From Camelus ferus (Eukaryota): a DNA stretch of 64,000 bases. Made by a program: the position numbers and the translations under genes. Shown here piece by piece: positions 1 to 13,727 of the stretch; the stretch's first letter is position 1; each line of letters starts with the position of its first letter. The notes beneath the pieces are model-generated. The model searched no databases, was not told the origin of the DNA, and saw only the letters and a program-made list of their open reading frames with translations. The DNA lies in assembly GCF_009834535.1 (NCBI RefSeq), contig NC_045696.1, positions 71,860,001 through 71,924,000 on the forward strand, written 5' to 3'.

Positions 1-229
1 GTAAGTAATTGATTATCACTTCAGGATGCAAAATGAAATTCGGCAGCGTCAAAGGAAACTGTGGTTAACAACCTCCCGGCTTAGAAAGAGGTCTCGTTTC
101 CCAGTTTCCCTGCCTGTCCACTTCCTTGTCTCCATTTCCCCAGCCTGCAACTTCCCGAAAGCTTCCCTAGTCTGGCGGTTTCCTACCTTCCAATCCTACG
201 CAGACTTTCTACCCGAATTCACCCCTGCA

Positions 230-1000
230 GCCCACGAGTGGCAGCAAGATTAGGGACCCCAGCCGGAAACCGAGACCCGCAGGGCGCGGCGTTCGCCTCC
301 CGGCTCCCGCGCTCGGGCGGGTCTCGGCATCGCGGCGCGTCGGCCGCTTTGCAGGAGCTCCCTAGGGAAGGACTCCCACCCACCCAGTCCGGGAAACTTC
401 ACCCCCACCGGAGCTCCGGGTCCCCTGGCTTACCTGCCGCACCTAGGCGGCGGCCAGCCTGAGGTCACCGTCGCGGGGCTCCCGCCCGCAGTCCGGAGCG
501 AACAAAGGCGCCCGGGAGAGGGAACGCGCCTCCTCCCCGCCGCGCTCTCGGGCGGTGGGCAGCCCTGCCCCGCGGTGGGTAGGGCCACCCCAGCTTTCCG
601 ACGCCGGACTGCGCGCGCTCTGGGCCAGAGCAGAGGGCCAGGGCCGGGCCCGGTGTCTGCCCCAGCCGTGCCTCCCCGGCCCCAGCGCGCATTACAACCT
701 GAAGCCCTGGAGCCACTGTGTGAACGTGCGTGCCTTCACCTCCTCGCGACTCTTCTCCTCTCGGCCCTAGAGACCTCGCCTGGTCCAGAGGGAGCAGAAG
801 AGACTCGGAGTCTCCTTTCCGGCAGCCCTGGAGCTGCTCCGGCAAGGAGGCGCGGCGCAGCTGGGCGGCCGGGCCGGGCAGGGGCGGGGCTCCGGAGGCC
901 GAGGGGCCGGGAGCCCTCACTGCGGACAGAGGAGCCCGTCTCCCCGCACAAAGAACGAACCAGACGCGGAGTTGAGATTTATCCCCGCTGAGCGGTTTGG
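230..1000. promoter_or_regulatory. CpG island / promoter, probably of B3GNT5 (minus strand, nested in an MCF2L2 intron)
   Basis: Very GC- and CpG-rich with GC boxes (GGGGCGGGGC near 881). Human B3GNT5 lies antisense inside the MCF2L2 intron preceding the DH exons, at a comparable distance from the MCF2L2 3' end. Confidence 0.75.
434..560 (-). other. B3GNT5: Probable non-coding first exon of B3GNT5 (5' boundary approximate)
   Basis: CTTACCTG at 429-436 reads CAG|GTAAG on the minus strand inside the CpG island. Identity is inferred from synteny only; no B3GNT5 coding sequence is in the window. Confidence 0.5.
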
Positions 1001-1599
1001 AACTTCCCCCATTTAGTCATCCGGAAGAGAAGACAGCATTTCCACCCACGAGAGGCCTTAGCCCCTGCTAGGATGCGGTGGGCTGCAGCGCATTTTTTAA
1101 TAGTACGATTGATCACATATGTTAATTCCACATGAAATAACTGGTCTCCATACACTTTTCTTTAAGAAGTAGAATTTGTTGGACGGGTGACCCATTCGTT
1201 CAGAACACCCGGCAGTTTACTTATCTACGAGAGGTAAGCTCTGACTGAGTTGCTGTTCTCTGAGCACTTTATTTTCCTTTTCAGAGCAAGAGTTCTGAGG
1301 GCAGGCTAGTCTTTTTGAAAGATCTCATGTCACACCACTTATACGCGTCGAACTTCTGGGGGCCTCAGTGACAAAAGAAGGAGGCTCTAATTTACAAAAC
1401 TAGAGCTTCAAGCGGTGGCGGTTTGTTTTAAGAATGCAATGGGGCAGTGGGGAGAAACGCACCCCGCCCCCTAATGAAGTTTACTTCCAAGCCCAGCTTC
1501 ATTTCAAAGAGAGCTTAAAGCAAAACTCACCAAGTCTAAGGCCAGTTCCTTAATCTCCCAAATCGCAGGTAGGCTCTCCTCCCAGCATCAGAGCTAAAG

Positions 1600-1900
1600 T
1601 CGTTGGTCTCAAGAACAAAACTTGCGCGTTTTAAATCTTGGGCAGGGGCTGGGCAGCCGACGCTCGGCTGGGCTCGCTTCCCCCGCGGGGAGCGGTCTGG
1701 AGCGGGCGAATCGCCGCGGACCCAATCAAGGGCTCCGGGCAGAGGGCGGGGGCGCGGCAGCTCCCCCCAACCCCACTCCATGGCGCAGCCTTGCTGCACC
1801 TCTTGGCGTCACTGCCAAAGCCCAGCCTGGCCTGCCCCTTTGCCACCAGCCCGGCGTGGTGGTGAAGGTGATGAGTCTCACCCGAGTTTGTTCTTGTCCC
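1600..1900. promoter_or_regulatory. Second CpG-rich promoter-like patch
   Basis: CpG-dense, with CCAAT (~1722) and a GC box GGGCGGGG (~1744). Confidence 0.55.
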
Positions 1901-4900
1901 TGCTTGGCAACTCCAGGAAGTCCTGCTCCGCACCTCTTCAGTTAATTGAAATCATGTACTCAGATGATAAACTGTGAGCCAGAATCCGCCTGAATGTCCT
2001 CTTTGAGCTGTTTTCCCCATTCAAAATACTTAAAACACGTTAACTAAACAAAATCAGAAGAATGTAAATTTCCACTGAGGGGAATAGATTATGAATAAAT
2101 CCTTTATGGGTTCTGTTTCTTGTTCCCCAAATGTTCTAGCATTCTCTTTATAGAATAAACATTATCATTTAACAGAGGTGATATTTTGAACAATTTTGTA
2201 ATTGTTTATATTTCAGAACATGACAGAAGACAAAAGATAAACTCATTATTTCAGCAAAATAAAAGCTTTGGGTTTGTTATTATAAAGTGAATAAAACAAG
2301 TAATGACTCAAAAGTAGATTACTGAAACTGAAATCAATTTAAAAATTATACATGACACTGTACTTGTTATTTCAAACTAGATTTTTAAGAACTTTGTAAT
2401 TGCTTTCTTTAAGTTCCTTAGCGTATTTTCAACTATGCAATTATTTTATTTCATTTATTACCATGGGTTAGAGCATGGGTTAGTACTATTAATATTAACT
2501 CAGAGACTATAGTGCCACATGCCACATCAGACCACAGACAGAAATATTTGGGCAATGTAATTTGTAAGAGAGTCACTGACAGTGAGCCATAGATATGCTG
2601 ATTCATTGTTAGTACAGTGCAAATCAACTCCTTTACCGTTGCAAAATAAAATCCTGATGGTAATCCTACATACATTCCCCCCAGGCATCATATGTGTGTA
2701 TTGTATTTATGTTCAGATGTTCAATGGTCATTATATTCTTTTCAGGTCATTTGAAACTAGGTCCACATAGGCACAGGTGTCAGCACACGTATATTTCACA
2801 TGCTAGAACTATACCCACAAAAAATACAAACTGACCCAAACATTGATAAATACATATAAAACTCACATATCACATCAGCCTTTATGGAGACACCCAAGAT
2901 AGATAAATGATTTCAAAAGTTAATCAGGCGATTGGTAAGAGGATGTGGGCCTTCTGGTGGGAGGAGGGGAGAGAGTGTGGATGAAAGACAGGGATGAGTA
3001 GAGTGGCCCAGAATGCCTGCCCTGGTGCCCTCACATGCATACACCACACAGGGAAGGCTCCTTTGCCCATCTGAGAGGATTTCCTACAGCAGGCTGGCTC
3101 CATGTCCCACCCAAGAGAGAGAGGAAGAGAGTGATAGACTTAATGATATGGAACAAATTGCTCAGTTTCTTTTATTGGGAGAGAGTGTGTGAAAAATTTG
3201 AAATTAGTTGGAGATAAAATTAACTGATAGTAGTGAGTCTGATTTGACCATCACAAAGAAGGAGGATGATGTAGCCTTGCCCTCAGTCTCCACAGTAGCT
3301 GCTTCTGAACAAAGGCCACTACAATTAGATTTATAAACAACCTTCAATCTCACCATCAGTAACTTGCTTCACAGAGCATTAGAGAACTATGGAAAGTGCT
3401 GGAAAAAGAAACCTGTAAAATCAAGATAGTAAACTTGAAAAATGAGAGGAACTGCATGTTAGATTTAGAAGGGACAAGGTAATGGAAAGAAAGAACAGAG
3501 AGAGAAGCAGATGTAGGAGAGAAGATCAGAGAGTAGGGCAGTAGAACATGTACCATTAGTTGTGGGGAAGGAAGACTGAAACTTGAGTACAAGAGAACCT
3601 GGGAAAGGGTGGGAGCAAAAGAGACCCAAAGAAGAGGCAAGTGTTACCGAGATCATGAAAGGAGAAACAAGTATGGTAATGGAGTGCTCAAATGCCTAAC
3701 AGCATATCAACATAGTGCCAGGCTCGACTTGTTTAGCTTAATCTGCTCTTTCTGTAGAAGGTGGGAGACTGACCTCAAAGACCTGTACAGACCCTGTTCC
3801 ATGAATTCAGACACACCCCAGGCTGTGTGTTCTGAAACCAGTGAGTATTCATGCAAGGCCTGAGCTGTTAGAGAAATGGGGTGGAATCCCAACCTAGCTT
3901 CCCGCTGGCCATGGGATCTGGGTGAGTGACCCAACTTCTCTGCACCCCTGGATGATTCCTGCCTGGAAGGGTGCCTTGAGGACTGACTACAGAAGCAATA
4001 ATATGTGTGAAGTGGTGAGCTTGGTATTGGGCCATCTTCATGGTCTGGGTGGACAGCTGTCATCCTCATCCCACCACGGGCTGTAGAAAGCACCTCTCAC
4101 TGGGTAAGCTAGTCTTCATGCTCTAACCCATCATCATCGCTAAAAAAGGGCCCGCTGTGTTTCACGTCTTGAGATACATTTTCTGTTAATACAACATTGG
4201 CAATTAAAACAATGCAGCATCTTCTTGGCTGCCTCCTCCTCTTTTACTGCCCACCAGCCCCTCCTACCCTCACATATATCCTTCTGGGGGTTCTCTTCTT
4301 CACCAGACTTGCTCCTTGGTGATCTCATCTGTTGCCTTTAATCTCTGACTTATATTTCTAGTCTAGATTCTGAGCTCCAAACTTGAATATCTTCACTTAA
4401 ATGTGTCACATCAGCCTTAGGCTTAACAGGTCAAAAATAGAATATTCAAATCCATGCTTGAGTTGAATGGCTGGGACTTGAATGCCCCCAAGGGCCAGAA
4501 TCCTCCTTCTTCTCACCAGTGGATCCAGCCCTGGGTATTTGTTACATATCAATAACAGTCAGTGACATTTTGTGGCTGAATAAATTATCTATGCATCTAT
4601 TTTCCCTTCTCTTGTGAGAGTCCTCAGACCTCTTGAGGGTGGAGACCACATCCTGCTCATCTCCAGTTCCCTTGAAGAACCTCCCACAATGCCTTGCACG
4701 GACTGAATATGTATTAACCTCTAGTTGAATTGAATTTTTGCTGAATGCTTCCCACATTCGTTAAATGTTCAAACTTTCAGTCCAAAGAGTCTCATCGCAG
4801 TACAATGGCCCCAATGTACTTCTCCCTTGATGCCAACAAGGCCCAAAAACTGACACTGGAAGCACACTAGCCCCTTTCCTACAGTTCTTGCTTTTGCTTC

Positions 4901-7154
4901 TGTGGTTTGGCACCATTCAGCAGCCTCCCTCAATTCTGGGACCTTGGCAGTTAGATGAAACCATACTACGTACACCCAGAACTGGAAGATGAAGGGAACA
5001 GAAAGCACAAAAGAGGCACTCACCTGCAGGCCATTCTAAGAACCCATTTTGTTCCTTTCTCTTCTCCTCTACATGGGGAAGGGGCCTCCTTAACTGATAA
5101 TCTCTTTCCACATCAGTACATAAGGGCTTCTCTTATGTGCCCCTCTTACCCTCAGGAGAGGCTCCACAGGGACAGGGACAATCTTGGAGAGTCAGGTCCT
5201 GCTTGCTGGGATCCTTCTTGATGCAGTAGATCTTTGCTGTGGCTCAGGTGGGCCTCACTCAGGGAAGGGAGCTGTGGGGAGAGAATAAGGGGGTGGGAAT
5301 GAGGCTAGCACAGGTTTTCCCTCCATGTTGCAAATGTTTAGGCAGCCCCTGTGACAGTGACCTGGTACCAATTCCCTGCCCAATGGATCCCTCAGCATTT
5401 CTTCTCCCCACTCCACCTGCAGATCATGCATTCACTTCACACTCCCAGGGTCATACAGGGTTCTGTACAGGTTCTGAGGGGCTGCCTCTAACTCCACCTT
5501 TTTCCCTCCCAACCAGGAGGGCATATCCAAATTGAGTGAATGAGTAATACTTGTGTCAGGACAAACTGGAATGCTGCCTGATTAAAACTTACATTTTAAA
5601 AGACAGCACCAGCCTGTCCACAGCTATCTAAGCGGAGCAAAACTATTTGGATCCTATGATGTGGTGGTACAGAGGAAAAGAAGAAAATTACAGTCCATGG
5701 AGATGTTCAGAAAGTAGTTATTGACCATAATATGGTGGCCACATGCCTAGCCTAGATGCAGTCATTTGTGTAAGAAATTTTACACTTAAGTTTGATTGTG
5801 TTGGTGTTTAAGGGACAACTAGAATATAATTCTCTATTACCCTTTTCTTAATAGTTAATAAATATTAAGCACTCATTGCCTGCGTTATGGAGCATACATC
5901 GTTCAAATCCCACTCAAACCAATTCTGAAAGCCAGTTATAGACTTCCCTGACATTTATATTGAGTATTGAATTATAGAGTTAGAAATAGTTTTGCTATAC
6001 TGAGATTTTTCTTATAACAGCACTTCTCGGAAGCCAATTCTAAAGTCCTTGATAAATCATGTGATCGCGGAACAATATACATTTCAGGAATCAGTCTTGG
6101 TTGGTCTGATGATCTAAGGTCATTAAACCCAATATTAACACCAGTTTGGTCCTGCAGATAGATACAGGGCTAAGGAATCCTAGGAAGAGAGAGCAATCTC
6201 TCTAAGAGATATGTTTCTAGGATAATAAGCAAACAAATAAACCCTCTTGGGAGTAAAAGAATTAATAGAATAATAGGATATCTGCTGGGTAGGTAAAGAT
6301 ACAAATAGTGTCTTTGCAAAAAACATACAAAGGGCAAAGAATGCAGTGTGTTTCAATGTTTTTTGATCTTTAACTATTTTATACATTTTTTTTTATCTTT
6401 GGAAACTTCCTTTTTGCAATAGATTTCCCTTTGCATAAAGCAGAGGCATATTAACTGTTTCACAATTTCTTTACTGAAGATGATCAAATTACTTGGATAT
6501 TCCTGTTGGGGTTAGTACCAGTACTACCTTTTGCATGAACTGAGGTACTAATGGTTTTCCTATGAACAGTATTCCAGGAATCTCCTTGATACTAGAAATC
6601 TCTCCCACGATGTCTTGTTATGTTTGTATTGCACACATGCTGATGGATTATGGCTCTGAGATTTGAGCCAGACTCCTTGACTCCTAGGCATAAATGGATG
6701 ATTGCCTGAGCCATCTGTGTCCTTACTGTGCAGGCCCTGTACCTTGTGGAGCTGTGCTGCAGAGTCAGAATATTGGGTTCTGTTTCAGTGGACTGACATT
6801 CACCCTTGGCACATTGGTCCCCCTGTCTGGTTTTAGAGCTAGAAGACCTGGGCCTGCCTCTTACTGGCAGTGTTTAGCCAACAGTTTCACCTCAATCAAG
6901 TCACTTAATGCTCTGAGTCCCTATTTCCTCTTCCGTGAAACAAGATTAACAATTAGTGCCTACTCTTGCTTACAGAATTGGTGTCTGTTCCTTAAAGCTG
7001 CCATTCATCCATTCAATAAACACTTACTGAGATTTTACCTAGTTGTAAGGCATGGGGACAAGGGGTGGATGACAGGACATCTGCCCTGAAGGAGCTCTTT
7101 GTCAGATGTTGGATGGATCAAGGAAGATGATATGCACATTTTTAAAAATTACTT

Positions 7155-7850
7155 TTCTTCACATCATTAGGTTAGCTATTATTTTCAAAATGGAAAATAA
7201 TAAGTGTTGGTGTGGAGAAAGTAAAGCCCTGGTGCATTGCTGGTGGGAATGTGAAATGGTACACAATATGGTGGTTCCTCAAAAAATTTTAAAGAATTGC
7301 TGTATAATTTAGCAATTCAACTTCTGTGTATATACTCAAAGGAAATGAAAGCAATGGTGCAACAGAGATTTTTACATCAGTGTTACCACAGCATTATTCA
7401 AAATAGCCAAAAGGTTGAAACAACCCAAGTGTCCATCTACAAATGAATGGATAAACCAAATGTGTTCTTACTGCAAACAATGGAAGATGTTTAGCCCTAA
7501 ACAGGAATGACATTCTGACACATGCTACATCATGGATGAACTTTTGAAAATTTTATGTTAAGTGAAACAAGCCAGACACAAAAGGACAGATATTATATGA
7601 TTTCACTTATACGTGGTACCTAGTATAGGCATATTCATAGAGAGAAAGTGGAATGGAGGTTACTGGAGACTGGGAGAGAGGAACGGCGAATTAGTGTTTA
7701 ATGAGTACAGTTTCACTTTGGGTTGGTGGAAAAGTTCTGATGTTGGTTGCACAACATTGTGAGTGTATTTAATGCCACTGAATTGTACACTTAAAACTTG
7801 TTCAAATGGTAAATTTTATGTTATGTATATTTTACCACAATCAAAAAAAC
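7155..7850 (+). mobile_element. Old LINE-1 (L1MB-like) 3' fragment
   Basis: ORF2 C-terminal remnant (KCW..LVHCWWEC) followed by a typical 3' UTR ending TATATTTTACCACAAT plus an A run. Confidence 0.85.
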
Positions 7851-9899
7851 TTTATAATCCCTAAAATGCTATATAATTGCAGGATTGTTACCTTGAATTA
7901 GAATTAATGAGATTATGTTTATAATCCATCCCTCTTCTAAAAAATGCAGGTTGCATGAAATTACTTTGTCATTATTTATTATATGATATTGAAGAGTGAG
8001 CAACCATCCAGATAAACTTTAGTAAAGTTTATTTATGCCCCATCCTCCTCCAAAATGAATTTGAGGTGGTTTACCCTAAATATGTCGGAGTAATGAGACC
8101 AAATCCAACTAACATCAGACAAAATATAGAAACTGAGAACATTTATAGTTCTGGGAATTTATTACACAATTATAGAACATCCTATGAAAATAAAGGAGGA
8201 TGTAAAACTAAGAACATGATTTCCTAAGCCTGAACCCTCAGGACCTATTCTGCACTGAATGAAACAGGCTCCTGGACAGTTGGCCAGATCAGTCTCCTAA
8301 ACCGTCTCCTGGGCTCCTGAATCTATTCTCACTGTAGCCTGGTGGACCAGCCTTCTCCATCCTGGCTCCTCCCCACCCCCACCCCACCCCCTCTGCTTCC
8401 AGACTCTGCCCCAGCAGCCCGCTTCCCACGAAGCCCTGTGTGTAGCCAGGACTCCTAGCCCCTGCTCATGTTTCCTTCTTTCTGGAACACCCTCCCATCT
8501 TCCTGCAAGTGCTCAGTCTTACAGAGGACAGTTAGATCTCACCTCCAAGACCTCTCCAGCCCACGCTGATTCCTTCTCCTTGCCGTCCTATTGCTCACGC
8601 AGTCACACATTAACTAATTAACTGAGGCTGTAAATGAACAGAAAGTCTATGACATTTGCTTCTTTTCTTGTGAGAAATGAAAAGACTACATCATACATTT
8701 TATTAGAAATGATAATCTATTTAGAGAATGACCTATGAGAACCAGGAGGGATACTCAGGATGATCTTTTGACACATGAAGAGATGGAAACCATGAGAAAG
8801 AAAGTGGCTTGCTCAAAGTCACCCTGCATGTTAGAAGTAGAAATAGACTTGGAAACCCATATTTCTGAAACCCAGTATTTTTATATCACCACACTAGTTT
8901 CATTTTAATTTGTGTTTTGTTTCATAATCAGCAAACAGGACTTTAGATGCACCCCCAAATACAGGCCAAGAGAAGAATCATAATGTAGTGGAGAAAACAC
9001 TGGCTTTGCCAAAGTCAGAGACCTTGGGCAAGTCAGTGCATGGTTCTGGGGCTCTCTTTTTTCATCTGTAAAATAAGAATGAACTGGATAGTCTTTAAGA
9101 TTGTATCAGCTCCTAGCATTTATGAACCTACTGGACTGTTGGCCCAGTGCCAGTAAAGAAACTTGCAAGTATGGTAGAGCATACATCTCTCACTTCTGAT
9201 TCCTCCTCCATGCTGTCCCCCTTGGCCTGGGACATACTTCCCCATCCTTGTCCCCTTGCTTGCTTTTTTCAAAACTCTGCCTAAACTTCACTCCACTCAA
9301 CTCAAAATTGGCAGTGTCTCTTCCCACCCCTGGCTTAATTCTGGCCCCTTCTGTGCACCTGACTCCTCTGACTACCTGGTACTCTGCACTGGAGTCATTA
9401 ATTTTCTTGTCTCTGCCATTAGACTAAGGCATTATGTATCATATCCCAAGTATCTATCATGGTGCCTGGCTCATAGTAGAGAGCTAATACATGCTTGTTA
9501 CATGGTACTAATGATTTTCATCTGGGAAGCAAGGAAAAGACTATGGTACTAATTTCACCTGAAGCTGTTAATTTTTGTGGAAGTAGGAGAATTGGAACTT
9601 TCAAGAATGATTAGAATTTGAAAGGAAGTATAAATTAATGCCAACACTGGTTTAACTAAGCTAGGTGGCTAAAAGGAGTGGGTCTGATTGGTGTTAACTT
9701 GATTGAATGGAGGAACATCTGCATTAGAATCATGCAGGGTGAAAATTGCAGATTCCACCTGTTTATTCACCCACAGCACCACACCCCCTCACCTTCTGAA
9801 TCTGTGGATGTGTATTTACCTTTTGAGCAAGCTCCCTAAGAAGATTCTTTTCACATGAATGGAGAGTCTTGGAATCCTGGAAGGAACATTGACAGTTGT

Positions 9900-10900
9900 G
9901 GGCAATTGAAAGCTATTTTAAGTTTTTAAAGGGGGAGAGTGATGGCATAATGGACATGGAGCTTTAGGAAGGGCACAGACTGGTAGTCTACAAAATGGGT
10001 TGGTAGGAGTGAGATCTTAGAGGCAAGAGTGAGTTGCGAGGAGTGCACCAAAGTATTCAGGATGAGAAGAGTGGGGAGTTTGCTCTCTATGGCAGTATCG
10101 GAAATGGGGAATAAGCAGTGAGTCCAAGAGGCACGTTCAGAGATGGAAAGACAAGGCTTGGTGACAGATTGAATGTAAGCCATTAAGGCAGGGAGGAGTT
10201 TGAAATGACCATTGGGAGTTTTAGGGACCCTAGAAGAATGACCCTTCCACTGATGTGCATGCTGTTTCTGTCTGATGAGTTCTATTTCAACCTGATGTGA
10301 TGTGATGTCTGGGAAGCATTTAGGTGAAGATCTATGTAGACCATTGGCAACATGGGCTTGAGCGTGCCCAAAGGTCTAGCAGGAAGTATAAAGATGTGAG
10401 AGAGTCAACAGCATGAGGGAAGAGGAGAGAAGGAAGCTGGAAACCTGAGTTCAGACCTTTGAGAAGCAGCAACATTAGACATGAGGAAGGAGGTGAAGCA
10501 AGGAAGGAATAGAGAAGAAACAGAGAGGTGGGTGGTGAATGGAGATTGAATAATAAAGAGAAACCAAAGGAAGAGAAAGGTTTAAGGTGAGTATTCATTA
10601 TGACAGATGCTCTAGAGTTTGAGAAGGTTAAGAACAGACCTTTCAATTTGGCACAGAGGGTATCAGATGAAAACTAGATTTTTTTAAGGTGAAAATCCAT
10701 AATACTTTCTGGTGTGTGTGATATGAGGAATAAATGGAACCTCGACACATCTGACTGACAATTAATGAGCAAAAATATATTTCTGAGAGGCTGGTTCCCA
10801 AGAGAATACTCTTCAATTGAAGAGCTGGGAAATGGAGGGTGACGAGGGATGAGGGGCAAGTGTTAAAACGGGCAACAGATTAAGGTGCATGAGTAAAGAA
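9900..10900. mobile_element. Degenerate LINE-2-like region
   Basis: Purine-rich, L2-like phrases (GAGATGGAAAG..GGCTTGGTGACAGATTGAATGT); heavily decayed. Confidence 0.5.
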
Positions 10901-12491
10901 GAAACTTACCAGGAAATCCTAACATACACACACTACTTTAATGATCTTACTTACCAAATACTGTTGCATTCATTTTTTTTAAAAGGCACATTCTTTCCAT
11001 TCTTGCCTCTTGGCTATGGTGTCATCTGAAATAAACATGAGGTGTCATGTAGGGTGGAACCAGATATCTGAAGCTCTATTTTTATGCTACCTTGAAATAT
11101 GGCTTCAGAGAAGAAACAGCCCCTTAAAACATTATGCGTAATTTCCTCCTTAATGACCTAGGGTGTTGGTGGGGCAAGATCTACTTTAAATGTAAAACAA
11201 AGTGCCAGGATGTACATTAGTTTAGAGGATGCTAGTGCAGGCTGAGCTAACATCCTCAACTCTGTTCTAATTACAGTGCTCCACCTCTGGGTAGATATCC
11301 ATCGGGACATAAAGTACTGTAATTTAAGGGTTTTAAATATCTTGAATACTCCCAATGTTTTCTGTTTTTCATCTACATTATATATACTTGATGGCTTTAG
11401 ATATTAAACCCTTGAGTTTTTTTCTGTGAACAAAGTTATGTGCTTGGGAATAATGAAGCAGGCAATCATCAGCTAGACTCCTCAATTGCTCCCACTTTAT
11501 AAAGTTATTTGAAAGGAAAACAAAGGAGAGGAAAGGAAAAAGAATGGCTAGCAATGGTGTGAGAACTTTTTTTAAAAATCTGAACTGATACGGAGGCTAC
11601 CAGTGTTCACGGACTTCCTATTGTTGGGGTTTTGTCTTCAGTATCACTCTAAAAGCAATCACTGTTGACAATGTCTTAAGTTTCTTTGCATGAATTTTCT
11701 AAGCATATACAATTTTACATCTATGTATACATCCACACTAATTTTTACACAAATAGTCATACTATGCACACTGTTGTTCATCTTGTTTTTCTTTCTAATT
11801 CACTTAAAATACTTGGACCACGTCATGTCAGCATGATTCAATCAGCTTCATTCTTTTTAAAAACTGCATGGCATTTCATATATATGTACCATAATTTATT
11901 GATGAGCATTTAAATAATTTCTAGTTTATGTCTGGTTGTTGTTGAAGTTCTATTGTTCTAATTACAAACAGAGAATATATTTAGAAGTGAAATTACTGAG
12001 TCAAGGTGTGTGTGTTTTAAATTTTGATGAGATATTTCTAAGTTATCTTACACTTCCACCAATACTATCTGAGTGTGTTTCCACATCCACATCTGCCAGT
12101 CTGAACTGTCTGCCATGCTATAGAAGTTGACAATTGTTACTTCTTTTTAATATGCCTTTGTTGGATTAATGTGTATTGAGCATTTTTTTCATAAGACTAA
12201 TAGCCATTTGTGTATGTGTATGTATTTCCTACATCATGTCTTTTGGTTATCTGTCCCTTGCCTTACCCATTCTTATGAGAGGAAAAGAAACCCTTTACTA
12301 GGATAAGCTACTGTTTAATAGATAACACACCAACAGTTCACAGGAAACCATAAGTGTATCTATTCTACATACAAACATTTGTACAAACACTGACTCACTT
12401 GGAGGCCTGAAAGAAAGTGTGCCTTCACGGCCTGAGGAGAGAAAGAAAGCAGCCTGTCTAGAGGTAAATGTGGGAACTGGCCTCACTCTTT

Positions 12492-13072
12492 CTGTCAGTT
12501 TTCTATTGCTGCATAAAAAATTACCACAAACTTAGCAGCTCAGCTCACAATTGCCCTGGGACAGGAGGCTGGGCATAACGTGACTGGCTTTTTGCTCAAG
12601 TCCCACAGATTAAATCAAGATGTTGGCCAATTGCTCTTCGCAGATCTCCCCTTCTAAGTTCGTGTGGTTGTAGCCGAATTCAGTTCCTTGCAGTTGTAGG
12701 ACTAAAGTTCCTGTTTGCTTGCTGGCTGTCAGCTGGGGGCGACTCTCAGCTCCTAGGAGCTATCTGTGTTCCTTGCTACATGCCCCACCTCCTCCATCTC
12801 CAAACCCAGCAAAGTAGAATCTCCCTTGTGTTCAATCCTCATGCTTCCAATCTCTCTGACTTTTAGACCCAGATCTAAAGAGTCCATGTGGTTAGGATGT
12901 GCCCAACCTGGTAATCTACCTATCTTAAGGTCAGTTGATTTGAAACAAAACAGACTGGCAAAATCCCTTCATAGCAGCACTTATATCAGTGTTTGGTTGA
13001 CTAACTGGGAGGAAGTGTGTGTATACTAGGGGCCAGAAATCTTGGGGATCATCTTAGAATTCTGTGTACCAC
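12492..13072 (-). mobile_element. MLT1-type (ERVL-MaLR) solo LTR
   Basis: Termini TGTCAGTTTTCTATTGCTGC..AAATTACCACAAACTTAG and CATCTTAGAATTCTG..TACCACA match the reverse of MLT1 consensus ends. Confidence 0.75.
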
Positions 13073-13660
13073 ACCCCACACCTTCTTTCCTCAAGCAAAG
13101 CAGACAGAGCCCATGTCTTCTGGCTTAGAAAAATCAATCCAAAAATGGAAGCATGGAATGCCACAGGAATGAGGCTGGACAGACATCCATCCAACCCCGT
13201 GCACAACGAAATGCATCCATGTAGGTCAGAGATCTTGCTACGAACAATGAAACAGCAGAAGGCTGGAGAGAAAGTCTAGGAAACCATATGGACGATGTAG
13301 GGGTCAGGCAGACCTTCCTGACCAGGGATCCAAACCTGGTATTTCTGACTTCAACTTTTGCCCTCTTGACCCCCATGCTATGGCCCACTGGAGAATAAGT
13401 CATTCTCTAGCTGCACAGATGGATCTTGAACCCTTTAACTTTGCCATTTCTTCTCATGCCAGTGTGATTAGAGTGTGCTTTTGTGAGATATTGGCCTTGG
13501 GTGTTCAACAGAACAGAATGAACTGACCACAACTTAAGTAGGTGAGCCACTAAGGGAAACTATATTGATGACCATTATTCTAAAAGAATTCTCAATCACT
13601 GCTTCCCCCTCCTCCACTGTCTCTCTCTCTCTTTCATCTTCCTACCTGCTGCTGATTCAG

Positions 13661-13727
13661 GCGCATTGTATGTGACTTGCTTGAGACCGAAGAGACTTAT
13701 ATAAAGGAGATTAAGAACATAATTGAT
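13661..13727 (+). CDS. MCF2L2: MCF2L2 exon (~16), start of DH domain: (R)RIVCDLLETEETYIKEIKNIID
   Basis: ttcag| acceptor and |gtaagt donor; DH CR1 motif LLETExxY; phase 2 to 0. Confidence 0.95.

Noticed and set aside
1..6. GTAAGT at the first bases (perfect donor)
   Set aside because: No upstream sequence to evaluate; cannot be tied to an exon.
26..991. Overlapping Pro/Gly/Arg-rich ORFs on both strands
   Set aside because: Expected from stop-codon depletion in a CpG island; no recognisable domain.
1780..1867. ATG-initiated MAQPCCTSW.. as an MCF2L2 first coding exon
   Set aside because: Available donors end in phase 1 but exon 13661 needs phase 2; no similarity to MCF2L2.
12344..12463. Exon-like segment ending GAG|GTAAAT
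   Set aside because: Its open frame ends in phase 0 and cannot join downstream exons in frame; weak acceptor; at most a non-coding exon.
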